Position numbers and translations under genes: made by a program
The notes under the pieces: model-generated
What the model saw: only the letters and a program-made list of their open reading frames with translations
Databases searched by the model: none
What the model was told of the DNA's origin: nothing
Shown: piece by piece, positions 46,178 to 55,384 of the stretch
Layout: each line of letters starts with the position of its first letter
Numbering within the stretch: the stretch's first letter is position 1
Assembly: GCF_000981445.1 (NCBI RefSeq)
Contig: NC_027217.1
Coordinates: 2,542,001-2,606,000 of the forward strand
DNA length: 64,000 nt
Direction of reading: 5' to 3'
Origin: Babesia bigemina
Lineage: Eukaryota

Positions 46178-48370
46178 TTATTCTTCTGCATTGTCGACGC
46201 CGACGAGCGTCCCCTGGCATATGCGCTGTATGTCGACGCCGTCGCAGTATTCCGGCGGCACGAGCATGTCGTACTGCGTGTTGCAGCTGGGGCACTGCAC
46301 CGCGTCCTGCGGCTTCTCCGCGAGGCAGCTGGGGCACAACATCCTCGCAATGATGTAGTCGAGGTCTCCGTCGTCCTCCAGGTCCTGCATGGCCGTCGTG
46401 TTGCCGATGGAAACTCCGTCGATGATGAGCTGCGGGATGACCACAGCGGTGCGCTGTCCGATGGTTTCGGTCTTGAGTATGCCCTCGGCGTTCCATTTCT
46501 CGAAGAGTATGTGGTCCTTCAGCGACGTTGCGGTGGTGAAATCGCGGTTCGCGTCCACGACGTAGTACACAACGCCCTTGCAATCCAGAATGTGGCGTGC
46601 CAGGTTAGACTGGAAGAACTGGTATTTCACGCCCCCGAGAGAGGTGGTAATCAGGATGATTTCGGCCATGGGCATGAACTCGCCAGATGCCGCCGAGACG
46701 CGAGGGACCGCTGAAGTGACACCGGCAAATTGCTCAGCCGCATATTCCTGCCCTTCTTCAGGCTGAGTCTGTTCGTATTGTTGAGCATCTTGTTGCTGCT
46801 CAGTCGCATATTCCTGCCCTTCTTCAGGCTGCATCTGCTCATCTTGTTGTCCATCCATTTGTTGATACTGTTGTCCATCCATTTGTTGATACTGTTGTCC
46901 ATCCATTTGTTGATACTGTTGTCCATCCATTTGCTGATACTGTTGTCCATCCATTTGTTGATACTGTTGTCCACCCATCTGTTGATACTGCTCTTGACCC
47001 TGCTGTTGGTCAAGTTGTTGACCCTGTTTCTGCTGGTCATCGTCGCCTTGGACGACGTCCTTGTGGGCGTTGCCGTCCATCGTCCTCCTTCTCCGTCGCC
47101 TGGGATATATTAGCGGTTTTCTCGTTAACCGCGGTGGCAGAGAGTGTCTCTCTGGAAGCGCTACTTTGGGCGCTGGCGGTGTAGCACGTGCGGCCTTCTT
47201 CGGAAACACCTGCCGCGGCGGCAGCACAGACACTATAATAGTATTTCTGGATAGCGGCTGCAGCCCCTCCGTGCGCGATGCGTTGTTATGCCGTGCACGC
47301 GAAGGCCCTTTCACCGCCTCCCTGTTGGCAACAGAACCCTGATTCGGAGGCTCACAATCGCTGGAGTGCCCCGATGAGCACCCGTTGTTATCGAACTCCC
47401 TAGTGCTGGAGTCCAAATACGAATAAACTTCTTTGGTTTCCGGCTTGCATGCACTACTCCAGCGTTGATCCTGCGACGTCTTGACGTGCCTAGATCCAGC
47501 TGTGACCGTGATTGTGCGCAGGTTCGCTGTTTTCTCAAACCACTTGCGCACGATCGCCTTGTCAGCCTCGATGTCCGCTTTGGTCGGCGCCCTCCTGAAG
47601 AAACGCCTGGTCCTCCTGTCTGGCGTGTTGCCAGTGGTCTCGCCAAACGGCTGGTGGTCGTCTGCCACACTGTCGTCGTCGTGGTCGACGACGACCGTGT
47701 CAAAGCTGTTGGATCGCTCCGGCGCGAGAGGCAGGCCCTCTTCTTGCTGCAAACTCTTCTTCTCTAGCTCTAGCAGTATTTGCGCAGCCTCGGGAAGAAC
47801 ATTCGCCGATGACTGCGGCGAATATACTCCCGGAGTGCTTCGCTCCGACTGCGGGGATGGGACTCTCAGCGAGACGCCGGCGGCGAATAGCTGATCAAAT
47901 GCTGCGGGGGACCTGCACTCCGGTGTGCGAAATGACACTGGAGCGTCGCCGGTTGATTGTTCGTCACCGTCGACGGACGCGCCGATGTACCCGGCACCAG
48001 GTGTGTATAACCCGCGGTAGTAGCGCCCCGAGTCAACCTCCGACGACGGTGTGAAAAATCCTTCCGCTATAAAATCGTACTCTGGCGACCCATGCACACT
48101 TGATTGCTCCGTCAATCCTGTCGCGGTGCTGCCTTCCTCCTGAGACCCGTCGCACACCGGCAGGCGCTCAATTTCACCATTGACCGTCGATATGTCGGCA
48201 GCTGCGAAACGCCGATCCGCGGCTGCTGGCGCGTTGTTGGAATCAGCACCAGCAACACCGGTGTCGGCGTGCGCTCCGCGCTCGCGGTCGACACCCGACC
48301 CTGTGGTTTTTGCGACAGTTCTCGGCGAAGACTCTGTCACAACGGGTACACGATCGGCGGTTATATCCAT
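46178..48370 (-). CDS. Low-complexity protein with Q-rich repeats and a C-terminal glutaredoxin/SH3BGR-like domain plus CxxC-CxxC finger
   Basis: 730-aa ORF. C-terminus IILITTSLGGVK...ARHILDCKGV...IPQLIIDGVSIG...LEDDGDL...CPSC..CPSC. Confidence 0.7.
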   Translation of the reverse strand: MDITADRVPVVTESSPRTVAKTTGSGVDRERGAHADTGVAGADSNNAPAAADRRFAAADISTVNGEIERLPVCDGSQEEGSTATGLTEQSSVHGSPEYDFIAEGFFTPSSEVDSGRYYRGLYTPGAGYIGASVDGDEQSTGDAPVSFRTPECRSPAAFDQLFAAGVSLRVPSPQSERSTPGVYSPQSSANVLPEAAQILLELEKKSLQQEEGLPLAPERSNSFDTVVVDHDDDSVADDHQPFGETTGNTPDRRTRRFFRRAPTKADIEADKAIVRKWFEKTANLRTITVTAGSRHVKTSQDQRWSSACKPETKEVYSYLDSSTREFDNNGCSSGHSSDCEPPNQGSVANREAVKGPSRARHNNASRTEGLQPLSRNTIIVSVLPPRQVFPKKAARATPPAPKVALPERHSLPPRLTRKPLIYPRRRRRRTMDGNAHKDVVQGDDDQQKQGQQLDQQQGQEQYQQMGGQQYQQMDGQQYQQMDGQQYQQMDGQQYQQMDGQQYQQMDGQQDEQMQPEEGQEYATEQQQDAQQYEQTQPEEGQEYAAEQFAGVTSAVPRVSAASGEFMPMAEIILITTSLGGVKYQFFQSNLARHILDCKGVVYYVVDANRDFTTATSLKDHILFEKWNAEGILKTETIGQRTAVVIPQLIIDGVSIGNTTAMQDLEDDGDLDYIIARMLCPSCLAEKPQDAVQCPSCNTQYDMLVPPEYCDGVDIQRICQGTLVGVDNAEE
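46845..46988. repeat. Coding tandem repeat, 6 x 24 bp (encodes QYQQMDGQ on the minus strand)
   Basis: Unit tgttgtccatccatttgttgatac repeated six times with few substitutions. Confidence 0.95.
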
Positions 48371-49581
48371 CGAGCTGCGGCTGGGCAGAAGGCGATGAAC
48401 ATGCGCCGTCGTCGGCTGCGGGTCGGGGGCTACTGTATGGATGCCGTATCACGGCTATGTGCCCGGTGTGCACGCTGTTTCGTAACGCGCTGCTTAAAAC
48501 TATCGTTGAGCTATTCCCTGCCGCCGTGGTCGGCGGCCGGCGACCACGCTGCGGCACACCGCCGGCTGCATAACGGCGCAGAGGGCAGGTCAGTGGCACG
48601 TGCGCCGTCTAACGTGACAAAGCGCTGCGTGCTTTGCCTTCGTAATATTGCGAATAGCACAGGGGCCTCGTAGTTAGGCCCTCAGGCCGCGGCGCAGCCA
48701 CGAAGACGGCACTGTCGTCCGTGACAGGGCATACCACACATGTGATGTCGGCAGCGAACGGAGCGGTACAATCGCGTCCCACGGCCCCAACCGGGTTGTC
48801 GTTGTTGTACTTATCATGTGTAACGCGTGTGTAGCTCGCTGGGCCGTGGTATGCCCCTAATCCTGGGCATGACAAGGTGTCTGACGCGGCGATTTCTACG
48901 TCGCGTCACCGCGGCCGCCCGGCGCCCATTGCGTCCGTCGGCTCCTAGAAACATCTTGTGAAAAGCCCCGCAAACTGTGACGCATGTATTCCGTGTCTTC
49001 CTTTGTGGGAACGAAAGGAAGAACGGGCGCCCCGTGTGCGCGCGGTTTGTGATGCCCTACCACTTCTATGTCGTGTGTTGCCTCCACCACGTCGTCAGGC
49101 GATCATACACATTGTTGCGTTTTGTTTTCACTCTACAGCTCGCCGCGGAACGGCCTTGCCGTGCTTTCGCAGCCTTCCACACTCATTTAAGGTTTTGAGT
49201 TTGTTCGACGCGCACTGTCTACGACACACCGGAGGTGGGATACGTTGTCCCGCTACATTTAGGTTGCGCTTTGGCTTTGAAGACAAGGTCGACGCGACTT
49301 TCTGCCGCCATAACGAGTGACTATCGTTGCTTCTTCGGCTTCCTGAGCCCCGAGTTGCGCCGGCACTTCACGACGCTCCTCGCTGCTACGCACCACGTTG
49401 CGACTCCGTGGATTAGGAATCCGATGATAGCTCGTCATTTCGCGAGTGGCGGCTGAGAACACATCCAGCTTCGCTTCTCGGAGGCTGAAAGGAGCCCCGT
49501 TTTTTAAATGGCAGTGTGGAGAAAGGGCGGATAACTGCAAAAGCAGCACTGCGCCTGTGTGTTATAATGGAAGCAGCTTAG

Positions 49582-52500
49582 ATGGCAAGGGAAGTGTTTG
49601 ATTCACGTGGGTTCTCCTCCGCTCGCAGCGGCAGGTCCTTGTTTGGCGAGGAGAAGCCTCGCCCATTCGGCAGGCCCGCGAGGTCTGAAGCTACTGAGGA
49701 TCTGAGCACCGCGGACGACCTCATCTTCACGCGCTTGAAGACGATCTTCCGCGGCCCGGTTTCGTGCGTGGACAGGGATTTAAATTTTGAGAATGCATTC
49801 AGCAGGTCGCTGTCGGACCCGGAGGACCCCCTCGTGAGGGGTCTGTACGCCGGGGACATGTCCGGCACCTGCAACACATCGCTCACGAGCTTCGACATGA
49901 GCTCGTGTGGAGTCATGGCCGGCGTTGACTCCGTCAGCAAGCTCGGCTTCGGCGAGAGCGTGATGTGCCTGGACTCACTGGCGCAGGCACTGGCGGCCGA
50001 CTCCGCCTCGTACGCCGACAAGGAGAAGGCGGCGACGCAGACGGAGACTCCGCTGACCCATCTGGCGTCCATCGAGACCGTTGCGACCCAGGATGTGCTG
50101 ACGCCGCTGGGCGCCGGGTCCGTGGAGCTCGGCTGCGACTTCGCCGACCGCGTGGGTAAGCTGCTGGGCCGCTGCATGGACGGCGACGAGATGGCGCAGA
50201 AGGAGCTGGCCACGCTCTGCGCTAATGAATTCAACTTGCCGGACGCCGTTCTGTCGCCCGCCTCCGTGTCGGCGCTGCTCAGGTTCTGCATGCTCAAAGG
50301 TCAGCTGTATTTCGCCGGGCAGCTGCTGCAGGTGGCGTGGCACTCGCGTCTGTACCTGGCTCCGAGCGACCAGTCGCAGGTGCTGCTGTCTCTGTGCTCG
50401 TCCGAGGCCGTCGGTCTGCTGCGCAGCCTGCTTGCCAAGCTCCCGCTCGACGTCCCGGAGAGCGAGGAGGTCATGTCGTTGTTTGTGAAGGGCGTGATAA
50501 AGGCGTCGAGGGACTCCACGTCGGAGGCCCTGTCCAACTTCGCTTCGGTACTCGTTGACTGCGGTCCCGACGCCTTGGGGGAGCGCGCGATCCGTCTGGT
50601 CGAGTTGTTCTTCAGGGAGGTAGACGATGCGTCGTACTCGATGGATATCGTCGGGACCGTGCAGCGGATATGTGCCCTGGATGTGTTCAATGAAGTGTCC
50701 ACCGCGTGCAGATTCCAGGCCTGCAGGCTGCTGTGCTGCGGGCAGCCCAGCGAGAAGGCTGACGGCTGCATCAAGTCGATTTTGGAGGGCGAGGGCGCGA
50801 ACGTGTCGTTCATGGAATACGTGGTCAAGCACGAGACCGCGTCGTACGTCACTGTGGTTAGCCGTCTCATCGCCATGAACGCCATCGGCGCTCTTGATTT
50901 CCTGTGTGCGCTGTCGTTGGGTCACCACCTGTCGCAGTCGGGCGCCACCGTGCTGAAGATCTGCCTGGCGGCGCAGCAGAACCTGCGGAGCATAGTGCCG
51001 GAGGAGCTGTGCATGCCTGAATTCGGCGACTTCGAGTTCCTGTCGTGCGTCGGCGTGAACTCGTTCATCCAGCAGATTGGCCCGAACATCCCCTCGACCA
51101 TGCTGGGCGTCTGCACGGCGGTGTCTGGCATCGGTAAGGAGGTGTTCACCCCCTTGGTGGAGACGTGCCTGCTGGTTACTGACCACGCCGCTGCGGAGTC
51201 GGTGATCAGGTACATGAACGAGTACTACGGCCACATCCCGTCGACGCTGGTGGTGAGCTGCTTGAAGATCCACCTGCTGCGCGGCAACTTCCGTTACGTG
51301 CTGGAGAGGCTGGTGAAGAAGGACAGGCTCGGCAGCATCTTCCGCGACCGCATGAACCGCACCGTGTGCGCCGGCGTGGCCGAATTCGGGCTGCGCGTGG
51401 CGATCTCCGTGCTGAACTTCGATATCGGCTTCGAGTTCCTGAGGCACTGCGACACCATGGACCGCATCAGCGAGGAGCTGTCCGAGCTGCTGCAGCTGCT
51501 GCCGCCGCATCTGCACTCGCGCAGCAAGGTTGACGAGTTCGTGACCCTGTGCGAGAGGCTGAACCTCGACGAGAATGCGTTTTCCGTGGCGCTGGACTGC
51601 TGCCTGAGGCTGAAGAACTCCAAGCGTCTGCTGAGGCTGATCAACAAGTTCCGGCGCATGGGCCTGCAGCCGCAGCTGCAGACGTGCGGCGTGATCATAA
51701 AGTCGCTGGCGTGCTGCGGGAGGATCGCCGAGTGCCGGGAGATCTGGCAGGAGATGACCGCCAACGGGTCGCACGAGCCGAACGAGGTGACGTACGGCAT
51801 CATGCTGGACGCGTACGTGAGCAACAACCGCATGGACGAGGCGATGGCGCTGCTGCATGAGATGAAGCACCGGGGCAACGTGCGGCCGAACACGATCATG
51901 TACACGACGCTCATCAAGGGTTTCGGCCAGAACCGCCAGCTGAGCAGGGCGATGAGCATCTACGACATGATGGTGTCAGAGGGTGTTGCGCGCAACACCG
52001 TGACGTACAACTCGATCATCGACGCGTGCGCTCGCGTGGGCGACATGAAGTCCGCCGCTGCCTTGCTGGAGGAGATGATGATGAACCAGATCGAGCCCGA
52101 CCTGATAACCTTCTCCACCATCATCAAGGGCTACTGCGTGCAGTGCAACATGGACCAGTCGTTCCAGCTGCTGAGCATCATGTACGAGCGCGGTATAAAG
52201 CCGGACGGCATCCTGTACAACAGCCTGCTGGAGGGGTGCGTGAAGAGCGGGCGCCTGTGGCTCTGTGAGAAGTTGTGGGAGCAGATGCGCCTGCACGGCA
52301 TAGCGCCCTCGAACTTCACGCTGACCATCCTCATCAAGATGTACGGTCGCAGCGGCCAGCTGGACAAGGTGTTCGACCTGGTCGGCCGCCTCCCCGTCGA
52401 GTACGGGTTCACCATCAACGCGCACGTGTACACGTGCCTGATGAGCGCGTGCATCACCAACGGGCGGTACTCGACTGCCCTCGACATCTACCGCTGCGTG

Positions 52501-52794
52501 AAGGACGGCAGCATCAAGCCCGACGCGAAGACGTACGAGACCCTGATCCAGGGCGTCATCCGGGGTAACCTGTACGCCGAGGCGGCTGACCTTCTGCGCG
52601 ACATGTACCACCTCGACGGCAGCATGTCGGAGATCGGCTCCGACCTCGCGGTGCTGCAGAAGATCAACACGCGCGTTTTGGAGAACCTGTTCCACAAGCT
52701 GCAGCACGTCCGGCTCGACGAAGACGTGGCCAGCACCTACCGAGCGCTGAGCCGGCGGTTGCAGTCTATGGGAGTGAACGTGCACTTCCATTAG
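49582..52794 (+). CDS. Pentatricopeptide repeat (PPR) protein, 1070 aa
   Basis: About 10 tandem 35-aa motifs: PNEVTYGIMLDAYV, PNTIMYTTLIKGFG, RNTVTYNSIIDACA, PDLITFSTIIKGYC, PDGILYNSLLEGC, PDAKTYETLIQG. Confidence 0.95.
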   Translation: MAREVFDSRGFSSARSGRSLFGEEKPRPFGRPARSEATEDLSTADDLIFTRLKTIFRGPVSCVDRDLNFENAFSRSLSDPEDPLVRGLYAGDMSGTCNTSLTSFDMSSCGVMAGVDSVSKLGFGESVMCLDSLAQALAADSASYADKEKAATQTETPLTHLASIETVATQDVLTPLGAGSVELGCDFADRVGKLLGRCMDGDEMAQKELATLCANEFNLPDAVLSPASVSALLRFCMLKGQLYFAGQLLQVAWHSRLYLAPSDQSQVLLSLCSSEAVGLLRSLLAKLPLDVPESEEVMSLFVKGVIKASRDSTSEALSNFASVLVDCGPDALGERAIRLVELFFREVDDASYSMDIVGTVQRICALDVFNEVSTACRFQACRLLCCGQPSEKADGCIKSILEGEGANVSFMEYVVKHETASYVTVVSRLIAMNAIGALDFLCALSLGHHLSQSGATVLKICLAAQQNLRSIVPEELCMPEFGDFEFLSCVGVNSFIQQIGPNIPSTMLGVCTAVSGIGKEVFTPLVETCLLVTDHAAAESVIRYMNEYYGHIPSTLVVSCLKIHLLRGNFRYVLERLVKKDRLGSIFRDRMNRTVCAGVAEFGLRVAISVLNFDIGFEFLRHCDTMDRISEELSELLQLLPPHLHSRSKVDEFVTLCERLNLDENAFSVALDCCLRLKNSKRLLRLINKFRRMGLQPQLQTCGVIIKSLACCGRIAECREIWQEMTANGSHEPNEVTYGIMLDAYVSNNRMDEAMALLHEMKHRGNVRPNTIMYTTLIKGFGQNRQLSRAMSIYDMMVSEGVARNTVTYNSIIDACARVGDMKSAAALLEEMMMNQIEPDLITFSTIIKGYCVQCNMDQSFQLLSIMYERGIKPDGILYNSLLEGCVKSGRLWLCEKLWEQMRLHGIAPSNFTLTILIKMYGRSGQLDKVFDLVGRLPVEYGFTINAHVYTCLMSACITNGRYSTALDIYRCVKDGSIKPDAKTYETLIQGVIRGNLYAEAADLLRDMYHLDGSMSEIGSDLAVLQKINTRVLENLFHKLQHVRLDEDVASTYRALSRRLQSMGVNVHFH

Positions 52795-53304
52795 TAATGC
52801 AAGTGACTATTATTTAATGATTTATATTGGTTTTACTCGTTTTACGCGCGTCACACCGTATTTGCATCTACTCGGTTGCAGCATGGTGGCGGGGACATCG
52901 TGTTCATCTGCCCTTTGTCCACCGGTCACCGTCATGCCAGGCCGGCAGGTCACGGACCAGCCAGCCATCACGCCACGATCTTCATAGCGCCAGGTGTAGC
53001 CAGACACTCTGTAACTTTACTGAAACCGCGCCTAAAACGCTGCAACGCGCAATGAAGCACGATCGAAACGTACTTCAGCAGCGCCTCCACCGGCGATAGA
53101 CAGCAGCGCTACCGAGATGTGAGCGAATACACACCGCCACATACTCATCGATAGGTTGACAAAATTGTATTCGTGGAGTGCTAAATTCGCTCATCATCAA
53201 CTGCATAACAGACGGTCTCCGGCCCGCGGCGACGAAAGCCCCGCCACCGTCGGCTGTAAGGCGCCGCGGGCTGCCGCGGCCACTCTCAATTTTAGCAGCC
53301 GAAA

Positions 53305-53982
53305 ATGAGCAAATCTTTGGCGTCGTTCCTCGATCGCCGCAAGAAGAGCACGGTCAAGGCGGCGACGCTGCTGCTGCAGACCGAGGAGGCGGCGAAGGAA
53401 AAGCAGAAGGCGAAGGACGGCCTTGACGAGCCGCAGCCCGAGCAGCAGTCCGACCACGACGACGAGTGGAAGGTGTCCGACGATGAGGAGACCAAGGCGA
53501 TCCAGAAGCAGGCGACCTTCTCGGGCAGCCTCCTGATGTCGGTGCGCACGGTGACCGGCGACGGGTCCGAGGAGCGCGGCCCGCGGAACGACGCGAAGCC
53601 CACCCAGCACGTGTGGCAGAGCATCGTCGAGCCGCCCGTCAAGGAGGAGCCTCAGCCGGAGAAGGGCGGCAAGGTGTGGATTCCCAAGTACAAGTCGGTG
53701 TCGTACGTGGGCAAGGACGACATCGACCTGGCTGAGGCCGCGCGTCTGGCGGCTGCGAAGTCGGAGCAGCCCTCCGGCAGCAAGGTGAAGAAGGTCAAGA
53801 AGAAGCCGGCCACCCTGCAGCCCCAGGACGACGACGAGCCCGCTCGCTACGTCAAGGTGAAGTTCAACGTGTTCTCCGTGGTGGATGAGGAGTACCGCAC
53901 GTTCAACGCGCCGCTCCCCACCTCGTCGGTCGACAGCGAGAAGGTCAAGGCCAAGTACATCGCACGAGCGGCGTTTGCGTAG
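53305..53982 (+). CDS. Charged hypothetical protein, CDV3-like
   Basis: MSKSLASFLDRRKK start and DDEWK motif recall CDV3; strong GC3 coding bias. Confidence 0.55.
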   Translation: MSKSLASFLDRRKKSTVKAATLLLQTEEAAKEKQKAKDGLDEPQPEQQSDHDDEWKVSDDEETKAIQKQATFSGSLLMSVRTVTGDGSEERGPRNDAKPTQHVWQSIVEPPVKEEPQPEKGGKVWIPKYKSVSYVGKDDIDLAEAARLAAAKSEQPSGSKVKKVKKKPATLQPQDDDEPARYVKVKFNVFSVVDEEYRTFNAPLPTSSVDSEKVKAKYIARAAFA

Positions 53983-54192
53983 GCGGCCTACATGCGCCCC
54001 GAACAGGGCGTAAACAGACTGCCAGTGACACTACTGTAACTTTGCGCACAATTTACTATGCACTGTTTGTTTTGGTATTGCTGTTCGCGCAACGTTTCTG
54101 CGCCAATTGCAGGGCGTTGTTTCCACGCCTGCGCGGCGTGGTCTATGCCGATGCGCCTCCGAAGCCATAGGTGTAGCATGGGCGCTACGCTC

Positions 54193-55347
54193 TCAGACGA
54201 AGAACGTCTTGCGATCGACCTGCAGGTCAGGCCGCCACACGAACTCGAACAGCCCCTTCTCCAGGTCCATAGTGCCCTCCTGTGTGCCTTGTGCTGGTGC
54301 GAACGTGCGCCTACCTGGACGGAGTGCATCTTCAGCGTGAACCGCGGCCCGATCTCCATGAGCGAGCACTTCTTCTCGTTGCGGAAAACGTATCTGCGCG
54401 CATTAGCCGCACCACCGCGCCTGCTACCTGTGGTGTCGGAAGAAGATCATGTCACGCTGGTTGTGCCAGGTGATGACCCGCCTTGCCTCGAACTCCGGGT
54501 CCTGCGCGCCGTTAGCGGTGGTGGCCGGCGACCCACCAGCGGGAATAGCGATGCGATTTGCCGGCCGATTCTGCGTCCCAGCCGGGTGTTGAAGTTGTTG
54601 AGGATGATCTCCGACTTGCTTTCCGTGAAGTTGCCGGAGCCCTTCATGTCGCTGGCGAGCACCAGGCTGGTGAGCCGGAAGAACGTGGTCGGCCCGCCTG
54701 CTAGTGGTCAGACGCTGTGACTTGAGATGCGCCATACCTGGCAACGAGCATATGTATAGTCCATTGGGGAGCTTGTGGAGCCCCTGGGTCACCAGCAGCA
54801 TCGCCGTGAACCCGGCGCCAGAGGCCTCCTTCACCATCTGCTCGAGCTTGTACTCGTCACGCTGCACGTCGATGACGCCGTGCGCTTTTTGACCCACTGG
54901 GAAGTAATAGATGTTCGGCAGTATCAGCAGCAGTTCCTTGATGAACCTGCGCATCTTCTCGCTCGGGCGCCTGCAGACACGTGAATGCGCCGTGGAAGCA
55001 CAAGCCCTAAATGGACCACGAAAGCCGATCAGCGCTCACCTGGAGGTTGTTAGGTATAGCTTCGGCTCCGTGTCCCCGCGGAAGTGGGCCGCAAACTCGT
55101 CGATACGCTCCTCCGCAGCGACCTCCGCGTCGTCCGGGCGCACCATGGTCTCGTCGAAGCGGCGCATCGACTCTATGGTGTCCGGGACCTGCTTCTCCGA
55201 GGGGTCGCGGTTGCGCACGCGCTTCTTGCGCGGTGCGCGCTCCGGAGCGTCGACTATTTTGAGGGCGCGCCGCTCACGCTTCTTCTGCGCCTTGTAGGCC
55301 TGCTTCTGCGTCCGCGGGTCCGGACCTTCGGCCTTTTTGCGCGCCAT
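54193..55347 (-). CDS. RPF1: Brix-domain ribosome production factor RPF1 (multi-exon)
   Basis: PDTIESMR..DET, PKLYLTTS, GPTTFFRL, EIILNNFNTRLGRRIG, RVITWHNQRDMIFFRHHR|YVF, LMEIGPRFTLK. Confidence 0.92.
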
Positions 55348-55384
55348 CGTGCCGGTAAAGTACACTAAAATTAAAATCGAGTGT

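Noticed and set aside
46845..46988. CRISPR-like array
   Set aside because: Contiguous units with no spacers, in frame inside a eukaryotic CDS.
48400..49560. Short ORFs in the GC-rich gap between the glutaredoxin-like and PPR genes
   Set aside because: No coding-type codon bias or coherent splice path; treated as UTR and bidirectional promoter.
49975..51870. Long antisense ORFs (631 aa here; also 59509-61104, 29701-30711, 36514-37203, 33279-33995)
   Set aside because: Shadow frames of real genes with strong codon bias, which depletes stops on the opposite strand; the translations have no recognisable motifs.
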